A stretch of 64,000 bases of DNA from an uncultured delta proteobacterium (GCA_963816145.1 CAWFJP010000014.1:64001-128000); one strand, 5' to 3'. Positions 27,076 to 37,414 are shown, counted from the stretch's first letter. Notes: generated by a model from the letters alone, not told the origin. Numbers and translations: made by a program.

Positions 27076-28044
27076 TCAAATTGATTCCGCTGCCAGCGCA
27101 GTCTCGGCGAACATATCCTTGAGTTCAAGCTTGCGCTCGGTGATGCCGACCATCTGGGCGTAGCGCGCCATGGTTTCCAGCTCTTTAAGATTGTCTCGCA
27201 AATTGTAAGGCCACGCGTTGGCGCCGAAAAGCTCCAGCTCTTCTTCGATCTCCGCGCCATACCAGGCGAGAAACGAGCGCCGCGTGTCGCTCACATGCTT
27301 GATGCCGATCTCTTTGGCTTTGGTGAAGGCGTCGACCAGGCTCTGCGCCACCCAGGGATTCTTTTCGAGGATGTCATTTTTCACCACCACGACATGGCGA
27401 ATCGGGAAAATCTTGGTGCGCAGATAGTAAGCCTTTTCCACTTCGCGGAAGTTGGGCCAAAGCCGGCGCACGCCGGCGGTTTGGCGGCCGAGCTTAGGGC
27501 GAATCTCCGGCAGCATGCAGCCATCGATCTCGTTCTTGAGCAAGGCATCTTCGATTTTCTTTCCTTCAGGAACCCGTTGAATGTCCATCCACTCCGGCGG
27601 CTGCCAACCCGGCACTTGTTCGCGCTGATTGGTGCGGAGCTTCAACGATCGCACCGGCACGCCGAATTCTTCCTGCAACAGGCCGCGCACCCATAAAGAC
27701 ACCGGGTTGAAATGGGCGCGCATGCCGATGGTACGGCCGGCAAAGTCTTGCGGGTTTTGGATGCCGCTCGCTTCCGTGACCAAAATGTTGCCATGGCAAA
27801 ATTTGCGATGGGGAAAAACCGGGATGGCGGTGAACGGCGCGCCGCGATCCATCCAGCCGAGAAAGACGCCCATTTGCAGCTCGCAGACATCGAACTCCAG
27901 AGTGCGCGAGAAACGCGCGTGGCGTTGTTCCGAGGGCAGCATGACGATATTCAGCCCGATGCCTTCGGCCTGCACCGTGCCGTCGACGAGAAAGCGCGTC
28001 CGGTCGTAATCGTTGCACGATAAGGTGAGTTTCAAGCCTGCCAT
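27076..28044 (-). CDS. Pht5-like SBP-fold protein
   Basis: LSCNDYDRT, FDVCE, IFPIRH, AWPY. Confidence 0.85.
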   Translation of the reverse strand: MAGLKLTLSCNDYDRTRFLVDGTVQAEGIGLNIVMLPSEQRHARFSRTLEFDVCELQMGVFLGWMDRGAPFTAIPVFPHRKFCHGNILVTEASGIQNPQDFAGRTIGMRAHFNPVSLWVRGLLQEEFGVPVRSLKLRTNQREQVPGWQPPEWMDIQRVPEGKKIEDALLKNEIDGCMLPEIRPKLGRQTAGVRRLWPNFREVEKAYYLRTKIFPIRHVVVVKNDILEKNPWVAQSLVDAFTKAKEIGIKHVSDTRRSFLAWYGAEIEEELELFGANAWPYNLRDNLKELETMARYAQMVGITERKLELKDMFAETALAAESI

Positions 28045-28045
28045 G

Positions 28046-28999
28046 CTATGCTCTCAATCGCGGTTTGATTTCGCCGAGCAGCATATTTGCTTGGCCACGC
28101 ACGTCGTCGGAGGCGATGCGGGCGATAATCGTCGTCAGGCCGGCGTCGGCATAGCTCTTCAAAAGCCTCGCGCATTCGTCTGGCGTGCCGAAGATTGTAA
28201 AGTGGTGGCCGAGTTTGCCGCGCGGCTCGCCGAAGAAGTTTTCCATCCAGCGCCAGCCTTCGTCTCGAGCTTTTTCCGCGTCGCTGAGGATATTGAAAGT
28301 CGCGTAGAGAGCGGCGGCGCCGAGCTTTCCCGCGCGACCGTATTCTTTCGCGTAGCCGTCGATCCGCGCCTGCGCGCCGGTGAATCGCTCCAATGTCGGC
28401 GCCAGTGTCACCCAGCCGTCGCCTAGCCGCGATACCCGTTTGAAGCCGGTCTCGTTGCGGTCGGCGGCGATCCAGATCGGAATGCCGCCTGGGCGCGCCG
28501 GGTGCGGCAGGATGCCGACATCGTGCAGTTTGAAGTAGCGCCCTTCGTAGTCGATCTTGGTTTCGCACCAGAGCCGGCGCATGATCTCGATGGTTTCGCT
28601 CAAGCGGCCAGCTTTCTCCTGAGGTGGCACGCCGCAAGCGGCGAACTGGCGCTGAATATAATCGCGCACCGGGCCGACGCTGACGCCTAAGATAATTCTG
28701 CCATTAGAAATCACATCAATGGTCGCCAACGCGTGGGCGAGCAGCACCGGATTACGCAACGCCGGTAGCATCGGCACGATGCCGAGACGAATATGGGTCG
28801 TGCGTGCCGCCAACGCCGCCATGGTCGTCAAGCAATCGCCGCGCGCCTTGTCCAAGACCGTGACGCTGTCGCCGACCCAGATATGATCGAAACCGAGTTC
28901 CTCCGCTTGCGCGGCATCGGCCCAAAGGTGGTTGAAGCTCTTGGCTGCGTCTTCGGCGCGGATCAGTTGGCGGGTGTGCAACAATAATCCAATGTCCAT
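28046..28999 (-). CDS. LLM-class flavin/F420-dependent oxidoreductase
   Basis: GFDHIWVGD, ATIDVISNGR, IPIWIA. Confidence 0.88.
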   Translation of the reverse strand: MDIGLLLHTRQLIRAEDAAKSFNHLWADAAQAEELGFDHIWVGDSVTVLDKARGDCLTTMAALAARTTHIRLGIVPMLPALRNPVLLAHALATIDVISNGRIILGVSVGPVRDYIQRQFAACGVPPQEKAGRLSETIEIMRRLWCETKIDYEGRYFKLHDVGILPHPARPGGIPIWIAADRNETGFKRVSRLGDGWVTLAPTLERFTGAQARIDGYAKEYGRAGKLGAAALYATFNILSDAEKARDEGWRWMENFFGEPRGKLGHHFTIFGTPDECARLLKSYADAGLTTIIARIASDDVRGQANMLLGEIKPRLRA

Positions 29000-29024
29000 G
29001 GTTAGCCGATTCTCCCGAGAACAT

Positions 29025-29093
29025 CGTAAGGGGTAAAGGGTCAGGGGTGAGGCGATCCGGAAAACGCCTAACCCTTCACCCCTTACGCCTTAC
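29025..29093. repeat. inverted heptamer repeat (GTAAGGG/CCCTTAC)
   Basis: CGTAAGGGGTAAAGGGTCAGGGGTGAGGCG...CGCCTAACCCTTCACCCCTTACGCCTTACG. Confidence 0.75.
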
Positions 29094-29105
29094 GATCTTC
29101 CGTCA

Positions 29106-30113
29106 TTACTTCACTCTCAGCGCCCGCTCCCAGCCTAGCTCTCGCAGCTCTTTATAAACTTCGCGGGTGAAGCGGAAGTCGAAAATCTGCTCGACAGGCA
29201 CGTCTTTCTGGACGTTGAGCATACGTTTGGCGATCTCGATGTCCGACTTCTGAGTTTCGACGTCCTCGGTGCCGTCAGCGGTCATCATTTCCATGGTTGC
29301 GTCGTAGTCGGCGCTGCGCACGTCGTCGGGGGATTTGTCATATTTCTTGCCGAGGGCGAGGGCTTGAGCTTTATTGCGTTTGAGGAACTCGCGCCCCTTG
29401 ACCGTGGCGCGAAGGAAACGGCGGACCAACTCGGGCCTTTTGACCACGGTTTCTTCCGTGGTGGCCAGCCCCATGTAGAGCATTTTGATTTCCTGGCCGA
29501 TGTTGACGACCTCATGCACTTGGAAACCACGCGTCTGCATGCGCAGCGAGTCGGCAAAGCCCAATACAGCCGAATCGACGGTCTTGGCGGCTAACGAAGT
29601 CACGCGACCGCCGGTGCCCAGCGCGACCCAGATGACATCGCGCAAAGGGTCCATATTGTACTTGCGCAGTATCAAATTCGCCGCGCCTTCCATAGTGTCG
29701 CCGCGGGAGGCGATGCCGATGCCTTTGCCGCGCAGGTCCGGCACTTTGCGGATCTCGTCGCGCCAGCTAAGTATTTTATAGAGCGGACGGTCAAGGTTGA
29801 CGTAGACGACTTTGAGCTTGATGCCGCGCAGACTGGCATTCAAAGACGACCCCGCCGAGGTGCTGAAATGCAAATCGCCGGCGACCAAAGCCTGGGTCGC
29901 TAAGCCGCCGGGCATGGCGATGAATTCGACATTGAGGCCCTCGTCGCGATAGTAGCCGAGCTCTTTGGCGAGGAAATTGGGATAGTAAATCACGCCGGAG
30001 CTGGCATAGGAGACGCGCAGATCGTCGAGCTTGGCGCTTTGGCCAAAAAGCGGTGTTACCGAAACGAGCCAACTTAGCAACGCGACGAACATCGAAAGAC
30101 GAGGTAGATTCAT
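29106..30113 (-). CDS. ABC substrate-binding protein (NMT1/SsuA-like)
   Basis: GYYRDEGLNV, LRGKGIGIASRGD, IFDFR. Confidence 0.85.
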   Translation of the reverse strand: MNLPRLSMFVALLSWLVSVTPLFGQSAKLDDLRVSYASSGVIYYPNFLAKELGYYRDEGLNVEFIAMPGGLATQALVAGDLHFSTSAGSSLNASLRGIKLKVVYVNLDRPLYKILSWRDEIRKVPDLRGKGIGIASRGDTMEGAANLILRKYNMDPLRDVIWVALGTGGRVTSLAAKTVDSAVLGFADSLRMQTRGFQVHEVVNIGQEIKMLYMGLATTEETVVKRPELVRRFLRATVKGREFLKRNKAQALALGKKYDKSPDDVRSADYDATMEMMTADGTEDVETQKSDIEIAKRMLNVQKDVPVEQIFDFRFTREVYKELRELGWERALRVK

Positions 30114-30217
30114 ATGCAAGTTTTATTACTTTCGATACGTTATAAACGCAAGCACGGCAGTGCAACTTGTCTCTGCCGGCGGCGTGCGATATACACGCGA
30201 TTTGAGGAGTAAATGTT

Positions 30218-31111
30218 ATGACGAATTCAAATCAAATTCTATTGGAACGCATCGACCACGGTGTCTTGCCGTCCAATGACCTCGGCCGGGCTTTTCGATT
30301 TTGGTCGGGATTTATGGGCGGGCAGATCGGCCATCACACCAATTTCAACACCCGCGGGCTCAACCGCGAAGTGCCGATGATTATTTTTATGACTGTGGCC
30401 AATCACCGCGGTTTCGGCTTGGCGTTGCAGGATTTTCGCATCTCGGCCAATCCGGCGCGCCGCTTGGACGGCATTGTCTGGGGCTTCGAAGTGGCCACCG
30501 ACAATCTCGATGCGGCAGTTGAGGTAGCGCAAAAGCAGAATCTCCGCTGCGAGCGCGTCGCGGACTATCCGGCATCGAGCCCGATCAAAGACTCGCTGTT
30601 CGTGCTTGATCCCGATGGCAACACGGTAGAATTATGCGTGCGCAAACAGCCCTCGAGCCAAGCGCCGCAAGCCGGCCCGGTGCCGCTTCGGCGCATCAGC
30701 CATGTGCGCGTCGAGGTCACCGATCTTGACCAGGGGCGGGAATGGTACGCCAATACGTTCGGCTTGGTGGTTGGCGAACAAGTGCCGGGTGATGGGCAAC
30801 TAACCATGACTGTGGCCAAGTCGAATCAGCTGGTGATCCTGCGCAAAGTCGACAAAGTTGCCGACCGCAGCACTCAATGCTACAAAGGCCCCCACGTCGA
30901 TCTGCGCTCGGATGAAGCGTCCTATCCGGAAATGCTCAAACGGTTCAACCGCAAAGAGACCTACTGGGGCCCCGATCCCAATCTGATCCCCTGGCATGAG
31001 CCCGACACCAATACGGCCTATGGTTACGATCCGTTCGGCAATCGTATCCAAATCGGCATCATCGCCAAGCGGCCGATGCACCACGGCGATATCGCGCGCT
31101 TTCGGACGTAA
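30218..31111 (+). CDS. two-domain VOC/glyoxalase family protein
   Basis: IDHGVL, DPDGNTVE, ISHVRVEV, DPFGNRIQ. Confidence 0.85.
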   Translation: MTNSNQILLERIDHGVLPSNDLGRAFRFWSGFMGGQIGHHTNFNTRGLNREVPMIIFMTVANHRGFGLALQDFRISANPARRLDGIVWGFEVATDNLDAAVEVAQKQNLRCERVADYPASSPIKDSLFVLDPDGNTVELCVRKQPSSQAPQAGPVPLRRISHVRVEVTDLDQGREWYANTFGLVVGEQVPGDGQLTMTVAKSNQLVILRKVDKVADRSTQCYKGPHVDLRSDEASYPEMLKRFNRKETYWGPDPNLIPWHEPDTNTAYGYDPFGNRIQIGIIAKRPMHHGDIARFRT

Positions 31112-31116
31112 GAAAT

Positions 31117-31259
31117 TTAGCCGCAACGAGCGCAAAGAACGCAAAATAGGAATCGGAATATCTCCCGCAAAGGCGCCAAGGCGCAAAGTTGACGGGCACA
31201 AGCCCGTCATCGCAAGCGAAGCGATGAGATCTAGATTTCTCGCTCCGCTCGAAATGACA
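31117..31259. repeat. composite repeat (CGCAAAG + GTCAT..GAAATGAC families)
   Basis: GCCGCAACGAGCGCAAAGAACGCAAA, TCTCCCGCAAAGGCGCCAAGGCGCAAAG, GATTTCTCGCTCCGCTCGAAATGACA. Confidence 0.8.
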
Positions 31260-31305
31260 ATAAAGTCGAACCGAGCGTCTTTGCCGGAGTAAATCCCAAA
31301 TTGAA

Positions 31306-32295
31306 ATGTTATCACTAAGAATCCTGTTCTCGGTTTGCGTGGCATTCGTACTCGCGTTGATATACGCGCAAGTAATCTCGGCCGCCGAGGAGAAGGTCCG
31401 CTTCTCCGTCGCTGCGGTTACGGCCAGCTACATGGACGAGTTTGTCGCCATCGAGAAAGGGTATCATCGCGACGAGGGTCTTCCCGTGGAGATGATCCGC
31501 GCCGGCGGCGGGATCGCGACCCAGGCGCTGATGGCCGGTGATCTGCACTTCAGCACCTCGGCGGGATCGGCGTTGAGCGCCATGCTGCGCGGCGCCGAGA
31601 TCAAAGTGGTCTACACCAACATCGACCGGCCCGGTTACCAGATTTGGTCGGGACACGCCGATATCAAGCAGTTGAACGATTTGCGCGGCAAACGGGTCGG
31701 CGTGACCAGCCGCGGCGACACCCAAGAGTTGTCGGTGCGCTTGCTGTTGCGCAAGCATGGCATCGACGCCAACTCCGTCGCCTATGTGCCGGTAGGCTTC
31801 GGCGCGCAGCGGTTGGCCGCGCTGCAGGCGGGCAGTGTCGAAGCGGTGCCGTTGGGCGTCGGAGATTTCGCGCAGTTGAAAGAGCCCAAAGGCCATATGC
31901 TCGGCGATACCAAAAAGGAGATTCGCTTCGCCTACGTCGGCTTGGCGGTGGCGAGCAAGCTGATCGCGCGCCGGCCGGAGCTGGTCGAGAAATTTCTCCG
32001 CAGCGTAATCAAGGGCCGGGAGTATGGGCGCCGTTATCGCGACCAGACGATTGCGATCCTCGGCAAGTACACCCAGCGCAAACGCGAGTTCAACGAAGCC
32101 GACTACGATTCCACGCTGCCGGTATTGACCGCCGAGGGCTGGGTCGGCGATGACATCATTAAGGAAGACGTCGCCATGCGCGCGGAACTGGTTAACGTCC
32201 CGGCGCCGAGCGACTACCACAAGTTTTTCGATTACAGCATAGTCAGAAAAATTTACCGCGACCTGAAAAGCGCCGGCTGGAAGCCGACACCGTGA
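31306..32295 (+). CDS. ABC substrate-binding protein (NMT1/SsuA-like)
   Basis: GYHRDEGL, LRGKRVGVTSRGD; close paralogue of 25168 and 29106. Confidence 0.85.
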   Translation: MLSLRILFSVCVAFVLALIYAQVISAAEEKVRFSVAAVTASYMDEFVAIEKGYHRDEGLPVEMIRAGGGIATQALMAGDLHFSTSAGSALSAMLRGAEIKVVYTNIDRPGYQIWSGHADIKQLNDLRGKRVGVTSRGDTQELSVRLLLRKHGIDANSVAYVPVGFGAQRLAALQAGSVEAVPLGVGDFAQLKEPKGHMLGDTKKEIRFAYVGLAVASKLIARRPELVEKFLRSVIKGREYGRRYRDQTIAILGKYTQRKREFNEADYDSTLPVLTAEGWVGDDIIKEDVAMRAELVNVPAPSDYHKFFDYSIVRKIYRDLKSAGWKPTP

Positions 32296-32316
32296 GATCG
32301 ACCCGAATCGGAGTAC

Positions 32317-32400
32317 TCACCACGAAGAGCACGAAGGACACGAAGGTTTCGGACAAATAAATTTCCCAACTTCGTGTTCTTCGTGACCTTCGCGGTGAAA
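32317..32400. repeat. CACCACGAAG inverted repeat
   Basis: CACCACGAAGAGCACGAAGGACACGAAG...CTTCGTGTTCTTCGTGACCTTCGCGGTG. Confidence 0.85.
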
Positions 32401-32432
32401 AAATCTTTCACAATGAAGACAGGAGATTTACC

Positions 32433-33548
32433 ATGAGCACCCCCTATGAAGTCGCCGATATGATGATCGGCGTGCGCAACATGATCGAAGCGGCCGATCT
32501 GCGGCGCGGCGACCAAGTGTTGCTGCTCGCCGACACGCGCAGCGACAAGATTACATTGGAAGCGTTAACCGCTGGTTTGCGCTTTTTCGGCGCCGAGCCG
32601 ATGACGCTGGTGACCGAGCCAATCGCCCGCTACGGCGACGTGCCCAAGGCGGTAATGGACGCCATGCACGCCTCCGATGTGGCGATCTGGGTTTGGCCGG
32701 TGTTTATTACCTTCACGCCGACCCATCGTGGCTTGGGACGCAAGCGCGAGGAGAGCGGCAGCCAGCTGCATGAAGCGCGCATGAAGCCGTATCATATTTA
32801 TTTCGAGGGCAACGCCGGCTTGCTGGCGCGCGACTACGCCAAGTTCCCGAACAAAGTCTTATGGAAGCTCGCCGAAAAAGTCCGCGAAGTGGTGGCGCCC
32901 GGCAAAGTTGTCCATATCGTCGACGATCTTGGCACCGATCTAACCGCGACTTACGACGGCAATCGGTTATACGGCATGCAGTTCCGCGCCGGCGATCCGC
33001 CGGGGCGCTGTCATTTCCCCTGGGGGCGCTGCGGCGTCTTCAACGGCGAGGGCAATTCCAACGGCGAAGTTTATCTGAGCTGTGTTCAAGGCGTCGCCGG
33101 GCGGCTTGCCGAACCTATGCGTTGGAAGGTGAAGGACAACATTATCACCGACGTCGACGGCGGCGGCGAAGTCGGCGAGGAGTGCAAACGCTTATTTCAA
33201 GAAGTGCCGGAATCCAATCGTTTGATCGAGATCATGTTCGGTTATCATCCCAAAGCGTCACCGGCCCATGGCATCGCCGATCCGATGCATTGGGAACTCA
33301 TCAGCAAGATGCCCTGGGCTGGCTTAGGCACGCCGCGCAAACATCCGAAATTCCGCCACATGGACGGGTCCGTGTTCGACGCTCGGCTTTACATCGACGA
33401 CCGGTTGGTGGTCGATAAGCATGGCATGCTCGACCGTTCGCTGTTGCATCATCCCGAGGTCCTCGAAGTAGCAGCGGAGTTCGGCGACCCGTATCAAGTG
33501 CTTGCGCCGGTGTCCCACGAGGCGCATGGTTCGAACACGGCGTGGTAG
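32433..33548 (+). CDS. aminopeptidase-T-fold protein, NicX (2,5-dihydroxypyridine dioxygenase)-like
   Basis: VLLLAD, GTDLTA, IEIMFGYHP, HMDG. Confidence 0.6.
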   Translation: MSTPYEVADMMIGVRNMIEAADLRRGDQVLLLADTRSDKITLEALTAGLRFFGAEPMTLVTEPIARYGDVPKAVMDAMHASDVAIWVWPVFITFTPTHRGLGRKREESGSQLHEARMKPYHIYFEGNAGLLARDYAKFPNKVLWKLAEKVREVVAPGKVVHIVDDLGTDLTATYDGNRLYGMQFRAGDPPGRCHFPWGRCGVFNGEGNSNGEVYLSCVQGVAGRLAEPMRWKVKDNIITDVDGGGEVGEECKRLFQEVPESNRLIEIMFGYHPKASPAHGIADPMHWELISKMPWAGLGTPRKHPKFRHMDGSVFDARLYIDDRLVVDKHGMLDRSLLHHPEVLEVAAEFGDPYQVLAPVSHEAHGSNTAW

Positions 33549-33560
33549 CACGAGGAATTC

Positions 33561-33866
33561 ATTCACCACGAAGGCACGAAGGACACGAAGGCCGGAGAAG
33601 AGATCATTCACCGAACCCCTAGTGCCTTCGTGGAGAGAGTGCCCTCGGCCTTCGCCGTAGCCGTCCCATCGTCGCGGCCAATTCACAAATCGCAGCGCAT
33701 TTCTTTGTTTGTCATACCGGCGTAGGCCGGTATCCACGCATGAACGCCGCCGTCACTTCTGGATTCCCGCTTGCGCCGAAATGGCGGAGGAGGGAGATTT
33801 TTCACCAGAGACCATAGAGATATTTACTCCGAACCCTCTGTGCTCTCTGTGACCTCTGTGGTGAGA
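33561..33866. repeat. cluster of three palindromic repeats (CACGAAG, GTCAT-REP, CACAGAG types)
   Basis: 33561 CACCACGAAGGCACGAAGGACACGAAG; 33709 GTCATACCGGCGTAGGCCGGTATCC; 33800 CACCAGAG...CTCTGTGACCTCTGTGGTG. Confidence 0.8.
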
Positions 33867-33912
33867 TCGTCTTATTCCGACTTGGCAGCAGAATGACAGA
33901 TTAGGATTCTGC

Positions 33913-34980
33913 TCACAGCCCCGGCCGGTAGAACTTCATCGCGTTGCCGCCAAGCACCGCTTCTTTATCCTCTTGAGTGAGATCGTCGCGGGCGAGCAGC
34001 TCGTCGATCTCGTGACGGCACTTGGCGGCGTCGAAGACTTCGTGGGGGAAGTCGCTGCCGAAAAGGAATGATTGGCGCCCGCCTTTGGCCACCGCCGTGT
34101 TCAAACCGTCATCGTCACAGTCGAAGCCGACAAAGATGCGTCCTTCGCGCAATTGTGTCTTGAAGTAGTCGCTGGCTCTTTCACCGGGCGCCGGACCGCC
34201 GAGGCGATTGCCATGGATGTCCAGTTGCACATGGCCGTCATGATAAGAGCGGTCGAGCCGGTCCATCATGAACGGCACCCAAGTGGCGCCGCCTTCGAGA
34301 AAACCGACGCGCAGTTTGGGAAAGCGATCGAAAACTCCATGGCCGATCATCGCCGAGGCTTGGATCATCAAGCTGAACGGATGGCCTAGGGCATGCACGG
34401 GATAGTAGGTCGTGAACGCATCCATGCCCATATGGTGCAACGCGCCGACATGGACGGCGAGACAGCAGCCTAACTTTTCCGCTTCTTCATAGAGCGGCCA
34501 GTAGATCTTATTGCCGAAGTGGCCTTGGATCGCCTCGCCGTTGGAAGGCAGCATACCGCCCAACATGCCGAGCTCTTTGACCGCGCGGCGCAATTCGACT
34601 ATGGCGGCGTCGACATCTTGAAACGGAATCAGCGCGACGCCTTTGAGGCGCGGGTTTTTGGTCAAAAACTTTTCTTGGAGCCAGGTGTTGTAGGCTCGGC
34701 AGGCGATCACCGCCCAATCCGGGGCCATGATTCGGCCGACGGCGAGACCGGCGGTGGGGTAAAGGACGGTCCAGCTGATTCCGGTTTTTTCGAGAAACTC
34801 AGTCCAAGCCTCGGCATCGGGATTCCCGGTGGCGCGGCGATTCTGTTTCAAATAGCGAAAGTGCAGATGATCGAACTCGGGAAAGAGTTTCGCCATCTGA
34901 TTGCCCTTGGGCATGTACTGGGCGATCTCGTCGCCGCAGATATGGTCGTTGATATGGCCGTCGGCATCGATAATTTGCAT
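33913..34980 (-). CDS. amidohydrolase_2 family protein
   Basis: IDADGH, VH, FLEGG, FGSDFPH. Confidence 0.9.
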   Translation of the reverse strand: MQIIDADGHINDHICGDEIAQYMPKGNQMAKLFPEFDHLHFRYLKQNRRATGNPDAEAWTEFLEKTGISWTVLYPTAGLAVGRIMAPDWAVIACRAYNTWLQEKFLTKNPRLKGVALIPFQDVDAAIVELRRAVKELGMLGGMLPSNGEAIQGHFGNKIYWPLYEEAEKLGCCLAVHVGALHHMGMDAFTTYYPVHALGHPFSLMIQASAMIGHGVFDRFPKLRVGFLEGGATWVPFMMDRLDRSYHDGHVQLDIHGNRLGGPAPGERASDYFKTQLREGRIFVGFDCDDDGLNTAVAKGGRQSFLFGSDFPHEVFDAAKCRHEIDELLARDDLTQEDKEAVLGGNAMKFYRPGL

Positions 34981-35094
34981 TGAGGCAGCTCCTCGGGAAA
35001 TCTTGGTCAAAGTGAAATCTATGCCGTTTGCCCATTACTTTGCAATCTTTTCCCAGCTTCTGCTATGGTCGTGCGATTGAAGGGAAATCCGATC

Positions 35095-35297
35095 ATGCTC
35101 CGCGCAATTATTTTTATCATGTCGCTGGCCGGCTGGGCCGAACCGTCTGGGCTCAGAGCGCCGACAAAGCGATCATCGCCCACACCAGTGAAAGCATCAG
35201 CTTAGCGCCGGGCGTAAAGAATCAAGTTGCGGCCAACGATCTGGTCGACTTCCAGATTTTGCGCCAAGCGGCGAAAGATATTGACGGGACGTCCTAA
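35095..35297 (+). pseudogene. internally deleted SBP gene
   Basis: Signal/N-terminus (ADKAIIAHTSESISLAP) fused to SBP C-terminus (NDLVDFQILRQAAKD). Confidence 0.65.
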
Positions 35298-35342
35298 ACC
35301 GCAGTAGATCAAGGCATTGTCAGCAGAAGGGGGAGCACATCA

Positions 35343-35777
35343 GTGGAGTGGATATTTCAAACCCAGGATACCTACGCATTTCTTTTTCTTCGGTTCGGTT
35401 TGGCGGTGACGTTTTTTATGCACGGGACGCAGCATGCGTTCGGTTGGCACGGTGGCAAGGGACCGAAAGCGCAAGTGACCAATTGGCGCGACAAATACGG
35501 CATCCCGGTGCCGATGGGTGTTCTAGCATTGGTCATCGAGCTGTCGACAGTGGTGTGCATGGTGCTGGGATTTTTCGTCCGGCCTGTGGCTTTGGGTCTG
35601 GCAGTCTTTATGGCGTTTGCGACGTTTCTTAGCCATTGGGAACATGGATTTTTTCTGTCATCCCAAGCGGGAAAGGGCAGCGGCATCGAGTACACGATGG
35701 CGTTGATGCTTATGGCTCTGACCATCGTGGTTGGCGGCGCCGGGGCGATGTCGGTGGACATCCTGTTGGGCCGCTGA
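35343..35777 (+). CDS. DoxX family membrane protein
   Basis: LRFGLAVTFFMHGTQH, GSGIEY, GAGAMSVD. Confidence 0.88.
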   Translation: MEWIFQTQDTYAFLFLRFGLAVTFFMHGTQHAFGWHGGKGPKAQVTNWRDKYGIPVPMGVLALVIELSTVVCMVLGFFVRPVALGLAVFMAFATFLSHWEHGFFLSSQAGKGSGIEYTMALMLMALTIVVGGAGAMSVDILLGR

Positions 35778-36111
35778 ACCATTGCTCGTTATGCCGGGCC
35801 AGCGTTAAAACCCTGCCAGTGTTAAGTTTGTTCGCGTTCGCGCTACTTCCTAACGCCGGCTGACGCTCGATCTCTCGTCAAGTGGCTCTAAAGCGGGGCC
35901 GTGTAAACGGGTTTTTTCCTATTCGGCGGCCAGTCTGGAATCGCTCCGATTAGGGTCATCGTGATGACTTCGCTCCGGTGCGAAGCGATCTCACCGGCCC
36001 GGAAGGCAAAGCCGAAATTTCAATTTTTTCCACCAAAACCGTGAAAAATGAGAGGTCGAACGCGCGCGCCGATTGGCAACACGCGTGGCGAAGCCGATGC
36101 TCTCTAATCCG

Positions 36112-36597
36112 TTACTGCAATTTTCTTTGCAATTCTTCGGTGAGCTGCGCGAGTTCGCTGTCGCCGGGATTGATCTGCAGGGCGCCACCAAATTCTTCCA
36201 ACGCCTTTTGGATCATGCCCTTGGTGAGATAGACGCGGCCGAGATTGATGTAAGGGAAGTGGCGCGGCTCGTAGCGCTTGGCGCTCTTGGCCCGTTCGAG
36301 CCAGGGGATGGCGTCGTCGAGTTTTTGCTGCTGCATTAGATAGACGCCGATGTCGTTATAAGGATTGCCGAACTCAGGGTCGAGTTCGATGGCGATCTCG
36401 CATTGAGCGATGGCTTCGTTCAAGCGGCCTTTGAAGCTGTAGGCCCAGCCTAGATAGGTGTGGGCGTCGGCGGTGGGGTAGAGCGCGATGGATTCCTTAT
36501 AGAGCCGGATGGCGTCGTCGAACTCCTCCGCCATCTGCAGTTTCATCGCCTCGCCGATCAGTTCGATGGCGCGCTCTTGATCCTTGGTCGTGGCCAT
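36112..36597 (-). CDS. tetratricopeptide repeat protein
   Basis: AHTYLGWAY, NPYNDIGVYL, PYINLGRVY TPR helices. Confidence 0.9.
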   Translation of the reverse strand: MATTKDQERAIELIGEAMKLQMAEEFDDAIRLYKESIALYPTADAHTYLGWAYSFKGRLNEAIAQCEIAIELDPEFGNPYNDIGVYLMQQQKLDDAIPWLERAKSAKRYEPRHFPYINLGRVYLTKGMIQKALEEFGGALQINPGDSELAQLTEELQRKLQ

Positions 36598-36635
36598 ATC
36601 TTTGCCGTTAGCTTACTCTTTTGCCGCGAGCTTTT

Positions 36636-37370
36636 TCAAACCCCCCAGGCGCCGCTCAACTGAATGTTTGCACCATTGACGTAACGTGCTTCGTCGGAAA
36701 GCAGATAGCGCACCGCCGCTACCGCATCGTCAACGCTGCCGACATAGCCGGCGGGAATCATTTTCACCATGCGCTCCAGTTCTTCTTTAGGCGCGCTGCC
36801 GGAATCGATAAATCCTGGTGAGACGCAATTCATGGTGATGCCGTCCGACGCGAGCAACTTCGCGAAGGAGCGCGACAACGCGAGCACGCCGACCTTGGTG
36901 ATGTAATGGGCGGTTAGCTGCGGCTGGGCGATCAACTGCTCGGCATTCGCCATGCTGAAAGAGACGATGCGTCCCCACTTTTGGATTTTCATAATCGGCA
37001 CGACCGCTTGGGTCAAGTAAAAAACCGGGTGGAGATTGTTATCGAACATGCCGTGCCAGCCGGCGTTGGTTTCTTGTAGCAGCGAGACCCGGTGATAGGG
37101 ACCGGCGCCATTGATCAGCGCATCGATGCGGCCGAATTCTTGGTGAACCCGCTCGACTAATTCGACGGCGGCCTGGCAATTCGAAACATCGCATTGGAGG
37201 GCCAATCCGGCGTTACCGGTTTGTTTAACGCCATCGATGACTTCGTCCGCTTCTCGCGCGCTGGTCCGATAGCAGATAGCCACTGACCAGCCGCGCGTGG
37301 CCAGATCCAAAGCGACACCGCGGCCGATACCTTTAGCGCCGCCGGTGATTAGTGCAACTTTGCTGCTCAT
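36636..37370 (-). CDS. SDR family oxidoreductase
   Basis: TGGAKGIG, NGAG, YITK, VSPG. Confidence 0.88.
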   Translation of the reverse strand: MSSKVALITGGAKGIGRGVALDLATRGWSVAICYRTSAREADEVIDGVKQTGNAGLALQCDVSNCQAAVELVERVHQEFGRIDALINGAGPYHRVSLLQETNAGWHGMFDNNLHPVFYLTQAVVPIMKIQKWGRIVSFSMANAEQLIAQPQLTAHYITKVGVLALSRSFAKLLASDGITMNCVSPGFIDSGSAPKEELERMVKMIPAGYVGSVDDAVAAVRYLLSDEARYVNGANIQLSGAWGV

Positions 37371-37414
37371 GACGTGATCTACGTGGGGGAGTTGAGATTC
37401 AGATTCTACAAACT

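Noticed and set aside
32317-32400. CACGAAG repeats as a CRISPR array
   Set aside because: Inverted 8-9-bp units, no direct repeat-spacer periodicity, no cas genes.
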